NCBI GenBank assembly: GCA_052033955.1
Contig: JBPOJD010000017.1
Location: 70,636 to 134,635 of the forward strand
Direction: 5' to 3'
DNA length: 64,000 nt
Source: Candidatus Hydrogenedentota bacterium
GTDB lineage: Bacteria; Hydrogenedentota; Hydrogenedentia; Hydrogenedentales; SLHB01
The notes beneath the pieces were generated by a model. It was not told the origin of the DNA. It was given only the letters and a program-made list of their open reading frames with translations, and ran no database searches. The position numbers were made by a program, and so were the translations under genes. This document shows, piece after piece, positions 47,473 through 56,676 of this stretch (position 1 is the first letter of the stretch; each line of letters starts with the position of its first letter).

Positions 47473-48708
47473 GTGGCGCTTGGCCACCACACGGGCAACG
47501 AAGGGAGCGGCGACAGCGTGGACCATCACGAGGACACGGTGGCGAGCGTGCCATCAGGGGACGCCATTGGCGCGGACATGGCCGCGCTGGTTCAGCGGCT
47601 TCCCCATCGCGGTTCCAACACCGAATGCGAACGCGAGGCAGCAGAGTACCTCTGCGCCCGCCTCAGGCACAGCACGGGTGACGCCGTGCTGCAACCCTTC
47701 CGGAATCCGGACAACGCCGGCATCTTGTTTGGCGCCTACTACGCCGAGTTTGCGGTGGTGACGCTGGTCGCCTGGTGGTGGCCGATGGTCGCGTTTGTCT
47801 ATGGCGTGACGGTGTTCGGCGCCTACCTGGCGGAGTTCACGGGCTACAACATCCTTGCGCGGTTTCTGCCCGCGTTCGAGAGCCAGAACGTGGTAGCGCG
47901 CCTTCCCGGCACTGCCCCGCGGGCCACCATCATCGTTACGGCCCACTACGATACGGGCCGCGCCGGCGTGTTGTCCGCCCTGGCGGCGCGGGGAGTGTTG
48001 CACTGGGCGCATCTGGCGGTGGTGTGTGCGATGTTCGGCATCGTGCTGACGTGTTTCGGCGAGGCCGCGGACGTGTTGCCGCCCGGGATGCATGCCGGGG
48101 TATCGGCGTTGCGGGCCGTGCTGCTCGGGGTGTGTCTGGGCGCCGCCGCAGCGATGCTCTACACCGAGACCGGCGACAATTACGTCAACGGGGCCGTGGG
48201 GAACGCCTCGGGCGTGGCCGCGCTGCTGGCGCTTGCCGACCGGCTTCGGGCGCAGCCCCTGGACTGGGCGGACGTCCATCTTGTGGCCACCAGCGGCAAG
48301 GAAACGTGGATGCGCGGTATGCACCATTTCCTGCGCGGGCACGCATGTGACCGGTCCACGACCTTTGTGTTGAATCTGGCCCACGTGGGGGCGGGGCGTC
48401 TCGCGTACACCACCGGGGAGGGGTTCCTGCACGTGTTTCCGGCGTCGCGGCGCCTGCGGGCCGCGGCCCGCGAGACAGCGGCGACGATCCCCGCGGCGGC
48501 CGTGCAGCTGCGCGCCGTGCCGACGGACGCCCTCATCCCGCTCGCGCACGGGTACCAGGCCATGAGCGTTGTCGGGGTGAACGAGCACCGGTCGCTGCCC
48601 CTCTGGCGGTCCCCTGAGGACACGATCGCGCACGTGGACGAGGCGAAGGTGCGGCTTGCCGCCGACTTTGCCGAAGGAGTGTTGCGGCGGCTCCGGCCCG
48701 CACCGTGA
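47473..48708 (+). CDS. M28-family peptidase homologue with a hydrophobic insertion and a degenerate zinc-ligand set
   Basis: IIVTAHYDT and VNGAVGNASGVAALLALADRL match the M28 HxD and DD-x-SG regions, but the DD is GN and the EE motif is TSGKE. A TM-like stretch (FAVVTLVAWWWPMVAFVYGVTVFGAY) precedes the domain. The start is uncertain (a GTG or M further in). Confidence 0.6.
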   Translation: MALGHHTGNEGSGDSVDHHEDTVASVPSGDAIGADMAALVQRLPHRGSNTECEREAAEYLCARLRHSTGDAVLQPFRNPDNAGILFGAYYAEFAVVTLVAWWWPMVAFVYGVTVFGAYLAEFTGYNILARFLPAFESQNVVARLPGTAPRATIIVTAHYDTGRAGVLSALAARGVLHWAHLAVVCAMFGIVLTCFGEAADVLPPGMHAGVSALRAVLLGVCLGAAAAMLYTETGDNYVNGAVGNASGVAALLALADRLRAQPLDWADVHLVATSGKETWMRGMHHFLRGHACDRSTTFVLNLAHVGAGRLAYTTGEGFLHVFPASRRLRAAARETAATIPAAAVQLRAVPTDALIPLAHGYQAMSVVGVNEHRSLPLWRSPEDTIAHVDEAKVRLAADFAEGVLRRLRPAP

Positions 48709-48776
48709 CAGCGCAGGTGCATTGAAGCACGGCGCGGGAGCGTGCTACCCTGCGCTGAAGTAAGGAGACCATCCCC

Positions 48777-50144
48777 ATGGAACTGAATCCCAACATTTTT
48801 CGCGAGTACGATATCCGGGGCATTACCCCGAAAGACCTGAACGAGGCGGCCATGGAGTGGCTGGGCAAAGCCTACGCCACCTACCTGCAGGGGCACATCA
48901 CCCACAACCGCGTGGCCATCGGCCGCGACGGGAGACTGACGTCGGAGCCCTTCAGCAGGGCGCTGATCGCGGGCATCACGTCGGCCGGCATCGATGTCAT
49001 CGATCTCGGCGAAGTGCCGACGCCGCTGGTCTATTTTGCGCTGTTCACGCAGGACGTGGACGGCGGCATCATGATCACCGGCAGCCACAATCCCAAAGAG
49101 TACAACGGCATGAAGGTTGCCGTCGGCAAGAGCACGATTCACGGCAGCGAGATTCAGGCGCTCGGCCAGATCGCGCAGAAGGGCGCGTTCACGACGGCGG
49201 AGAAGCCCGGTACGGTCACGAAGCTGGACATCGTACCGGCCTATCACGCGCGCGTGCTGAGCGACGTCAAGCTGGCGCGCAAGCTGAAGGTCGTGGTGGA
49301 CGCGGGCAACGGCGTCGGCGGCAAGGTGGCGGTGCCCCTGTTCCAAGCGCTCGGGTGCGACGTCGTACCGCTGTTTTGTGATGTGGACGGCAATTTCCCC
49401 AACCATCATCCAGACCCCACGCTTGCTGCAAGCCTCACGCACTTGATCGAGACGGTCAAGAGGGAAAAGGCGGATCTCGGATTGGCCTATGACGGCGATG
49501 GAGACCGCATTGGCGCGGTGGACGAGAACGGCGAGGTCATTTATGGCGACCGACTGCTGATTCTTTTTGCGCGATCGGTGCTCAAGGACGTGCCGGGGGC
49601 AGCCGTCATCGGCGAGGTAAAGTGTTCGCGGACGCTCTATCAGGACATCGAGAAGCACGGCGGCAAGGCGGTCATGTGGAAGACCGGTCACAGCCTCATC
49701 AAGGACGCGATGAAGAAGTTCGACGCCCAGCTCGCGGGCGAAATGAGCGGCCACATGTTTTTCAAGCACCGCTGGTACGGCTTTGACGACGCGATCTACT
49801 CGTCGGCCCGTCTGCTCGAATTCCTCGCCAGAGGCGGCCAGACTCTCAGCGACCATCTGTCGTCGGTGCCGAAGACCTTCAGTACCGAGGAGATCCGCAT
49901 CCCGACCACCGAGGAGCGCAAGTTCGGCATCGTCGACGCGGCCACGCGCTACTTCAAGGACGAGATGGGGCTGGATGTCAACGACATCGACGGCGCGCGC
50001 ATCGAGTTTCCGGATGGCTGGGGCCTGATTCGTGCCTCGAACACGTCGCCTATGCTCGTCATGCGGTGCGAGGCCGACACGGAAGCGCGTTTGCAGGAAA
50101 TCTGCGAGCTGGTACAGGACAAGGTATCCGCACTGAACGCGTAG
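48777..50144 (+). CDS. Phosphomannomutase/phosphoglucomutase (alpha-D-phosphohexomutase)
   Basis: 455 aa with the active-site Ser loop TGSHNPKEYNGMKV, the metal-binding DGDGDR motif and the sugar-binding GEMSGH motif. It is of the ManB/AlgC/GlmM type; the lack of GlmM-specific motifs favours PMM/PGM. Confidence 0.9.
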   Translation: MELNPNIFREYDIRGITPKDLNEAAMEWLGKAYATYLQGHITHNRVAIGRDGRLTSEPFSRALIAGITSAGIDVIDLGEVPTPLVYFALFTQDVDGGIMITGSHNPKEYNGMKVAVGKSTIHGSEIQALGQIAQKGAFTTAEKPGTVTKLDIVPAYHARVLSDVKLARKLKVVVDAGNGVGGKVAVPLFQALGCDVVPLFCDVDGNFPNHHPDPTLAASLTHLIETVKREKADLGLAYDGDGDRIGAVDENGEVIYGDRLLILFARSVLKDVPGAAVIGEVKCSRTLYQDIEKHGGKAVMWKTGHSLIKDAMKKFDAQLAGEMSGHMFFKHRWYGFDDAIYSSARLLEFLARGGQTLSDHLSSVPKTFSTEEIRIPTTEERKFGIVDAATRYFKDEMGLDVNDIDGARIEFPDGWGLIRASNTSPMLVMRCEADTEARLQEICELVQDKVSALNA

Positions 50145-50173
50145 GGGCGTTCTTGAGAGGACGAGGGATAAGT

Positions 50174-51172
50174 ATGGCGCGTGCGGTATTCGTTGGGGAC
50201 AGTCCGGAGAGAATCGACGCCGTTTACGGCGACGGACGCAGGGAAATCCTGACGCAGATGATGGAATTTGTTCCGGCGATCCTCGGGCCAGGCGATTTCG
50301 AGGCCCACGCGGACGCGCTGCGCGATGTCGAGATGGTTTTCAGTACCTGGGGCATGTTCCCGTTTGAGGAATGTCATTTTGCCCTGATGCCGCGGCTCCA
50401 GGCGGTGTTCTATGCGGCGGGCACCGTACAGCACTTTGCCACGCCGTTTCTGGATCGCGGCATCCACGTGATGAGCGCCTGGGCGGCCAACGCCGTGCCC
50501 GTGGCAGAGTTCACGCTCAGCCAGATTCTGCTCTCGTGTAAGGGATATTTCCGAAACCGGCGCGATTTCCACGGGCAGGGCTGGCGTGATTCCGGTCCGC
50601 TGTTCCGGGGCCGCGGCGTCTACGGCGAACGAATCGCGCTGATCGGCGCGGGCCAGGTAGCGCGCCATCTCATCGAGCTGCTCCGACCGTTCCAGCTTGA
50701 GGTTGTTGTGTACGACCCGTACCTCGCCGACGGGGAAGCCGTGAAGCTCGGGGTGAAGAAGGTCGAGCTGGACGAGGCGTTCCGGACGGCCTATGTGGTC
50801 AGCAATCATGTGCCCAACCTGCCCGCGACGGTCGGGATGTTCAACAAGGCCCTTTTCGAATCGATGCGGCCCGATGCGACGTTCATCAACACCGGTCGCG
50901 GCGCCCAAGTGGTGGAGGACGATCTGATTGAGGTGCTGCGGCGCAGGCCGGACCTGACGGCGCTGCTCGATGTGACATTGCCCGAGCCGCCAGTGGCCGG
51001 CAGCCCGCTGTGGGACCTGCCCAATGTCCATCTCAGCAGCCACATCGCGGGGTCTATCGGTGATGAAGTTGTGCGTCTGGCGGATTACTGCATCGAGGCC
51101 TTCCGCGACTGGGAGGCGGGAAAGCCGTTGAGGTATGCCGTCACCCCCGCGATGCTGGAGACGATGGCGTAA
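50174..51172 (+). CDS. D-isomer-specific 2-hydroxyacid dehydrogenase family (NAD-binding)
   Basis: MARAVFVG...; Rossmann motif IALIGAGQVARHLIELL; catalytic Arg/Glu/His region NTGRGAQVVEDDLIEVL...SSHIAGS. Confidence 0.8.
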   Translation: MARAVFVGDSPERIDAVYGDGRREILTQMMEFVPAILGPGDFEAHADALRDVEMVFSTWGMFPFEECHFALMPRLQAVFYAAGTVQHFATPFLDRGIHVMSAWAANAVPVAEFTLSQILLSCKGYFRNRRDFHGQGWRDSGPLFRGRGVYGERIALIGAGQVARHLIELLRPFQLEVVVYDPYLADGEAVKLGVKKVELDEAFRTAYVVSNHVPNLPATVGMFNKALFESMRPDATFINTGRGAQVVEDDLIEVLRRRPDLTALLDVTLPEPPVAGSPLWDLPNVHLSSHIAGSIGDEVVRLADYCIEAFRDWEAGKPLRYAVTPAMLETMA

Positions 51173-51214
51173 CGGAGAGGTTGCAGCTCGTTGCTTCAGA
51201 GCAGAGGAGGCGCC

Positions 51215-52333
51215 ATGGACATACGAGGCCGCTCTTACACCAAGGATGAATTGCGGCGCCGTGTGGGCAGCATGGACCAGGTTGCGGGCATCCGGCTGGT
51301 GGAACTCGCCGACGGACGCGAGCGGCCGGGGCGCGCGGCGTTCGTGTACACCGGGAGCGGCCTCGAATTCACCGTGCTCATCGACCGCTGCATGGATATC
51401 TCCTCCGCCTCATTTTGCGGCCAGGCGATGGGCTGGCGTTCGACGGTGGGGGATGCCGCGCCGCAGTATTACGAGCACGACGGCGCGAACTGGCTGCGCA
51501 GCTACTTCGGCGGGCTGCTGACCACCTGCGGCTTGGTCAATGTGGGTGCGCCGAGCGCCCGCAGTGCCGAGCTCGGCAGCGGCCTGCACGGCCGCATCGG
51601 CAACACCCCCGCGCAGAACCTCTCCGTTGTGCAGGAATGGCGCGGCGAGGACTACGTACTCGAGATCACCGGAACCATGCGCGAGACGAGCGTGTTCGGC
51701 GTCAACCTGACGCTCACGCGGACGGTCGCGACGAAGCTCGGCGAACGCCGCTTCTGGATCCGCGACGTCGTGACCAATGACGGTTTCAACACAACGCCGT
51801 TCATGCTGCTGTATCACTGCAACATCGGCTGGCCATGTCTGGACGAGGGGTCGCGGCTGATCAGTCCGACCCGCCGCATTGCCCCGCGCGATGATGCCGC
51901 CCGCGAGGGCGCCGAAGACTGGCACCGCTTCACGGGTCCCGTGCACGACTACGCGGAGAAGGTCTACTACCACGAGATGATGCCGGATAGCGAAGGCTGG
52001 GCAACGGCGGCCCTGGTGAATGACCGTGCGTTTGGCGCCTACGTCCGCTACCGGCCGGACCAGTTGCCGCGTTTCATTCAGTGGAAACAGTTGGGCGAAC
52101 AGGATTACGTGGTCGGCCTGGAGCCGAGCAACTGCGGTGTCGAGGGCCGGGACGTGGACGAGACACATGGCTTGTTGCAGACGCTGGCGGCGGGCGCGGC
52201 GCAGCGGGTGGATCTGGAGTTTGGCCCTGTGACCGGCAGCGATGAAGTGACGCGCCTCGAAGACGCCCGGCGGGGTGTGGTGCCCGAGATGGTGGAGAGT
52301 TATTTGGAGTTTGTGAAGCGGCCGGGCGCGTAG
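51215..52333 (+). CDS. Hypothetical protein, possibly galactose-mutarotase-like fold (DUF4432-like)
   Basis: About 372 aa, predicted beta-rich, with segments reminiscent of the aldose-epimerase superfamily (LHGRIGNTPAQ..., NIGWPCLDEG). Assignment is tentative. The stop overlaps the following FlhB-like gene. Confidence 0.35.
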   Translation: MDIRGRSYTKDELRRRVGSMDQVAGIRLVELADGRERPGRAAFVYTGSGLEFTVLIDRCMDISSASFCGQAMGWRSTVGDAAPQYYEHDGANWLRSYFGGLLTTCGLVNVGAPSARSAELGSGLHGRIGNTPAQNLSVVQEWRGEDYVLEITGTMRETSVFGVNLTLTRTVATKLGERRFWIRDVVTNDGFNTTPFMLLYHCNIGWPCLDEGSRLISPTRRIAPRDDAAREGAEDWHRFTGPVHDYAEKVYYHEMMPDSEGWATAALVNDRAFGAYVRYRPDQLPRFIQWKQLGEQDYVVGLEPSNCGVEGRDVDETHGLLQTLAAGAAQRVDLEFGPVTGSDEVTRLEDARRGVVPEMVESYLEFVKRPGA

Positions 52334-52361
52334 TGGGCGTGATAGGCGGCGGACCGGCTTC

Positions 52362-52643
52362 CTACCGCATCCGCTGATTCAGGCGGTACACAAACGCCAG
52401 CACCTCGGCCACGGCCCGGTATAGTTCTTCCGGGATCTCCGTGTTGAGGTCGAGTTTACTCAGCAGTCCGACGAGATCGCGGTCCTCGTAGATCCGCACG
52501 CCGTTCTGGCGGGCCAGCTCGATGATGCGCTCGGCTACCACGCCCGCGCCGGTTGCGACGACGCGCGGGGCCTGCTCCTTGGCCTCGTCGTAGCGCAAGG
52601 CGACGGCCCGGCGGCGCGGCGGCTGGGTGGGGTCGTCCATCAT
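52362..52643 (-). CDS. Standalone FlhB C-terminal-domain-like protein (COG2257, EscU/YscU/FlhB switch-domain homologue, YlqH-like)
   Basis: An internal start MMDDPTQPPRRRAVALRYDEAKEQAPRVVATGAGVVAERIIELARQNGVRIYEDRDLVGLL...IPEELYRAVAEVLAFVYRL matches the conserved FlhB C-terminal fold (the region around NPTH is absent or degenerate). It is translationally coupled (ATGA) to the FliK-like gene upstream. Confidence 0.6.
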   Translation of the reverse strand: MMDDPTQPPRRRAVALRYDEAKEQAPRVVATGAGVVAERIIELARQNGVRIYEDRDLVGLLSKLDLNTEIPEELYRAVAEVLAFVYRLNQRMR

Positions 52644-53848
52644 GCCTCCACGTCCAGGCCGGCGAAGCGGCCCACAAGTGCCGACACCTCGGCGAAGCGA
52701 TCCCCGTTCCACGGGCGGACCTTAACCACCGCGTTGGGGTAGCCCGCCTCGGCAAGTCCCTGGGTCAGTTCATCCGAAGCATGTTCGATCGCCTCGATGG
52801 CGGCTTCCGCCGTGGCCCCGAAGGTGCAGAAACACCGCCCTTGCGTGACGCGCAGCGAAATCCAGAGGTCCCCCAACTGCGTCATGCTGAGGTCCATCGC
52901 CACCATTGCGTCGGAACGGTCGAAGGCGTTTCCTTTGCCGGCCTGCTCGCCGAAAAAGTGGATCTGCGCATGCTTGATGGGGCTGTCCGCGCCGAATGGC
53001 AGCTCGACGAAGAAATAGGGCTGGTCGAGCGCCCGCAGGTTCTGCAATTCGCCGCCCGAGAGTCTGGTCAGGAGCCGGTCGCCGATCGCTTCGAACTCGC
53101 GTGCCGTGCCCGCCGTTCGCAGGAAGCGCAGGAGATCCGGATTGTCGCGCAGCTGCGAGATGAGGGCCTTGAGATCGCCCCGCAGGCGCGCCAAGGCCTC
53201 GTCGAGGCCCTGCTCGGCGAGCGCCCGGGCCATCTGGGCTTCCATGGGGCCGCCTTGCGAGACCCACGCCCGCAGCGCGCCCTCGATGCCGTCCGCGTTG
53301 CGCGCCACCAGCCGCGTCAACAGGGCTTCGAGGCCGCGTGTCTGGTCCGGCGGTAATGCCCCGGCCCGCACCGCCTGACGCGCCAGCGCCACGAAGCGCT
53401 CGAGGTCGCTGCCCAGCGACGCGCGGTGCTGGAACAGGGCCAGGAGGTCGCGGACGGCCGCGGCCACGGGAGGCAGGCCGCGCGGCAGCATCTGCGCGGC
53501 AGCGCCCGCCTGACGCAGGAGCCCCAAGGTTTCGAGCACGGTCGTCAGGACGGGCGCCATCTGTGGCGCGGCGCCCTGCGCAGTGGAGGGTGCCGGAGGT
53601 TGCGGCGTGACGCGCAGTTGCATCCCCTCTGCGCCTTGACGCACCTCGACCTGGACCTGTTGTCCGGGTTGCAGGCCGGTCCCCGGTTGCAGCGGCACGC
53701 TGGTGTTCGCGATCTGGAGGGTGAGCTTTCCGGCAGCGCCTTGCACCACGGCCTGGAACAGGTGTCCCGGACGCAGCACCGCCGATTGTGTGCCGGGTGC
53801 GGGCTGGAAGGGGAAGGTGAGGGGCCGTATGGGACCCGGGGTGAGCAC
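52640..53848 (-). CDS. fliK: Flagellar hook-length control protein FliK-like (Flg_hook C-terminal domain)
   Basis: 402 aa with a Pro/Gln/Ala-rich N-terminus and a C-terminal Flg_hook-type domain (LDQPYFFVELPFGADSPIKHAQIHFF...DLSMTQLGDLWISLRV...CFCTFGA). Adjacent to the FlhB-C-like gene. Confidence 0.55.
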   Translation of the reverse strand: MLTPGPIRPLTFPFQPAPGTQSAVLRPGHLFQAVVQGAAGKLTLQIANTSVPLQPGTGLQPGQQVQVEVRQGAEGMQLRVTPQPPAPSTAQGAAPQMAPVLTTVLETLGLLRQAGAAAQMLPRGLPPVAAAVRDLLALFQHRASLGSDLERFVALARQAVRAGALPPDQTRGLEALLTRLVARNADGIEGALRAWVSQGGPMEAQMARALAEQGLDEALARLRGDLKALISQLRDNPDLLRFLRTAGTAREFEAIGDRLLTRLSGGELQNLRALDQPYFFVELPFGADSPIKHAQIHFFGEQAGKGNAFDRSDAMVAMDLSMTQLGDLWISLRVTQGRCFCTFGATAEAAIEAIEHASDELTQGLAEAGYPNAVVKVRPWNGDRFAEVSALVGRFAGLDVEA

Positions 53849-54616
53849 CTAGCGCTCCCTGTCCTTCCTGAGGCTGAGCATGAGGCGGATTTCGCCCTTG
53901 CCGATGCCCAGTTCCTGTGCAATCTGCGGAACCGTCATCCCGGCGTCGTGGTACTCGTAGACGCGGCTGTGCAGGGCCGGCGGCATCGCGCTGGCCCCGT
54001 TTCCGGGTGCGGGCATGCGGACGAGCGCCTCTTCACGTTGGGCGCCGCCGCCACCGCAGAAATCCAGGAGGGATCGCACCGCGTCGCGCGCGTGACTGGC
54101 TTCCTCTTCGGAGACGGGTTCGTAGCCGTCGGAACGGGAGGGCGCGCCCGGCCCGAGACCCATGCCCGCCCAGCCGTCGATAAAGTCGTCATCCGGATCG
54201 GCCTCGATCTCGGGATCGGGGAAGACGTGCAGAGGCGCGGCGTTCGTGGGCGCTGTTTCAGGGGGTTCTGCCAGCGCATCGCCACCCGCGCCGGCGTCGC
54301 CCACGGGCGCTTGGGCGTTCCGGAGCCGTTGACGTTCCGCCGCGATCTCGTCCACGGCTTTTCGGATATAGGCGATCTTATTGTCGAGGCTCTCGTTGAC
54401 CGCGCGGGCGAGTTCCTTCTGCTCGTCGAGGACGTCGCGCATGGTCTGCAGAAGGATCATGGTGTTGGCGAGGTCCTGCCGGGCGTCATAGTGCGCGGAT
54501 GACGCGCCGTTCTTCTCGCGAAGGTACAGGTACACCATCACGACGAGGGCGGCTGCCATCAATGCGATGGTCGCTGCGTTCAAGAGTACGTATGCCACAC
54601 CGGATCTCCCACACAC
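53849..54616 (-). CDS. Membrane-anchored hypothetical protein with a C-terminal HTH (sigma-70 region-4-like)
   Basis: 255 aa. N-terminal TM helix YVLLNAATIALMAAALVVMVYLYL, then a coiled coil and an acidic linker, then a C-terminal VYEYHDAGMTVPQIAQELGIGKGEIRLMLSLR. The stop abuts the FliK-like start (1-nt spacing). Confidence 0.4.
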   Translation of the reverse strand: MCGRSGVAYVLLNAATIALMAAALVVMVYLYLREKNGASSAHYDARQDLANTMILLQTMRDVLDEQKELARAVNESLDNKIAYIRKAVDEIAAERQRLRNAQAPVGDAGAGGDALAEPPETAPTNAAPLHVFPDPEIEADPDDDFIDGWAGMGLGPGAPSRSDGYEPVSEEEASHARDAVRSLLDFCGGGGAQREEALVRMPAPGNGASAMPPALHSRVYEYHDAGMTVPQIAQELGIGKGEIRLMLSLRKDRER

Positions 54617-54637
54617 CGCCCCGCGCCGCGGCGTTCC

Positions 54638-54982
54638 CTAGATCGATACGTCCAGCCGATGATCTCCGGGCGCGTCGGCAACGTCCGCTTTTTCATCGGC
54701 GGTATAGAACGTGCGCGTCGTCTTCTCGACGACAGGGCTGCTGTGCTGTTTCGGCGGTGCCTGCTTCTGCCGCTGCTGCCTGCGCCGCTCGTCCGCGTTG
54801 ACCCGGCTGTCGTGCGCCTCCGGGGCCTCCTTCACGCGCGTCTCGTCCGTGACACGGCGTTCCTCGGCTTCGGCGGCCGCCCGTTGCTGGGCAGCGAGGG
54901 ACACGCGATCAACGACCTGCTGAATGCGCTCAGCCGCCGTGATCCGTCCCGCTTCGGTCTGCATGTCGATGGGCTGGGGCAT
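54638..54982 (-). CDS. Small hypothetical protein downstream of fliA (function unknown; FlgM-like role is speculative)
   Basis: 114-aa ORF with coding-like GC3; its 5' end overlaps the fliA 3' end by about 50 nt. The opposite-strand ORF is implausible. No recognisable motif. Confidence 0.25.
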   Translation of the reverse strand: MPQPIDMQTEAGRITAAERIQQVVDRVSLAAQQRAAAEAEERRVTDETRVKEAPEAHDSRVNADERRRQQRQKQAPPKQHSSPVVEKTTRTFYTADEKADVADAPGDHRLDVSI

Positions 54983-55736
54983 CGGCGCCCTCCTTCATCA
55001 CCTTACGCAGCCGTTTCATTGCGGCGCTGTGGATTTGGCACACGCGGGACTCGGATACTTCGAGCACCACGCCGATTTCCTTGAGGGTCAATTCCTCGTA
55101 GTAGTACAAGTTTAGCACCTTCTGCTGCTGATCGGGCAACTGAAGGATGGCCTGTACGAGACTTTCCTGCCGTTCCCCGGCCTCGGCGGCTTGGCCCGGC
55201 GTCCGGACCGTCCCGTCGCTGACCATCGCACGGGTCCGCGAATCGCCGTTCTCCTCGGAAGGCAGGTAGTCGTCCAACGACAGCACCTGCGCCGTCTGGA
55301 GCTGGGCGACGGTGTCGTCCACCGTATCGGGATCGACCCCGAGTTCGTCGGCGATTTCCTCGGTGCTGGGTTCCTGCCCCTTGACGTGCCGCAGTTTCTC
55401 GCGCGCGGCGCCCACCTTTCGGGCCATGGAGCGCAGCGAACGCGGCGCCCAGTCAAGCGTACGAATCTGGTCAATGATGGCGCCGCGCACGCGGATCGTG
55501 GCGTAGGTCGAGAACTTGGTTTCCTGCGCCGGGTCAAATTTTTCAACCGCGTCCATCAACCCGAGCACGCCCCACCCGACCAGGTCATCCAGCTCGACGC
55601 TTGCGGGCACGTGAATGGCCATGCGTCCGGCGACATACTTCACGACGCGCATGTAGCGGACGATGATCTCGTCCCGCGCGGCGCCGTCGCCCCGGTCCTT
55701 GAAGCGTATCCAGAGATCTCGCTCGTCCATGGCCAT
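54930..55736 (-). CDS. fliA: Flagellar sigma factor sigma-28 (FliA/WhiG family)
   Basis: 268 aa. Region 2 (YMRVVKYVAGRM...LDDLVGWGVLGLMDAVEKFDP), region 3, and region 4.2 QKVLNLYYYEELTLKEIGVVLEVSESRVCQIHSAAMKRLR, which is typical of FliA. The start overlaps the fliY stop by 1 nt. Confidence 0.85.
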   Translation of the reverse strand: MAMDERDLWIRFKDRGDGAARDEIIVRYMRVVKYVAGRMAIHVPASVELDDLVGWGVLGLMDAVEKFDPAQETKFSTYATIRVRGAIIDQIRTLDWAPRSLRSMARKVGAAREKLRHVKGQEPSTEEIADELGVDPDTVDDTVAQLQTAQVLSLDDYLPSEENGDSRTRAMVSDGTVRTPGQAAEAGERQESLVQAILQLPDQQQKVLNLYYYEELTLKEIGVVLEVSESRVCQIHSAAMKRLRKVMKEGADAPAHRHADRSGTDHGG

Positions 55737-56670
55737 CAGCGCAGTGACTCGATGCGTTCGCGGGCGCTGACGATCTCGGTGATGCGCAGCCCGAACTTTT
55801 CGTCAACCACCACGACATCGCCGCGAGCGATGAGCTTGTCATTGATCAGCAGCTCGACGGGCTCGTCGACTGTATGACCCACCTCGATGATGGAGCCGGG
55901 ACCCAGTGCGAGGACCTCATGAAGCGGCATCTCGACCCGTCCGAGACGGGCGGTGACGCGCAGGCGGATGTCCAGCACCATGTCCAGGTTGGCCGGGGCG
56001 TTCGCGGGCGCAGGGTGCGGTGTCGCGGCCGCGCCGGGGGCATCAAATGTGCTCAGGATGTCGTTTACCTCGGAGACACTCAAGGCCGCGCCCTGTTCGA
56101 GTGCCGGCTCGTCTCCGCCAAACACGAGATCGATGAGCCCCTGCGGCACCCATCCTTCGATAGTCTGACTGAACACCAGCGCGGCCGAAGAATCGAACGC
56201 GCCGGGCGCCGTAAACTGAAAACGGGCCGCGGTCACGTTGTCGCCCAGGACCCCTTGAATCTGCTGTGCCGCGGCGGCCCCGGCTGCAACCGTGGGGGCG
56301 TCCAGTTCCACGTCGCGTCCGAATTTTTCGCTCAAGTTGGAGGCGCCGCCTCCCAGAAAGGGCGCCGCCACTTCCTGGAGCGTTGCGATGGCCGCGTCGT
56401 TGAGGTCTTCGGAAGGCTCCTCGCCGGTGACGGCCGCGGCCAGGCGGCGGGCGTCTTCCTCGGAGAAGGCGATGACCAGCAGTCCGTCGCCCTTGACGCG
56501 GGCCTGCATGCACACCGGGTACTCGGCCAGCAGACCGGGCAGGTCTTGGGGGGCCAGATCGCCCACGTCGGTCGTGTCGAACGTGAAATGGGTTCCCAGC
56601 AGGGCGTCAAACACGTCGAACGCGCCCTTGAGTATCCCTTGGACAATCACATTGGATGCACCATCGTTCA
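55736..56670 (-). CDS. Flagellar motor switch protein FliY-like (CheC-like phosphatase domain fused to a FliN/SpoA C-terminal domain)
   Basis: An internal ATG gives MNDGASNVIVQGILKGAFDVFDALLG... (CheC-like fold), and the C-terminus LDMVLDIRLRVTARLGRVEMPLHEVLALGPGSIIEVGHTVDEPVELLINDKLIARGDVVVVDEKFGLRITEI is a FliN SpoA domain. The long track ORF (to 57166) has an Arg-rich, implausible N-terminus. Confidence 0.75.
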
Positions 56671-56676
56671 TGAGTG

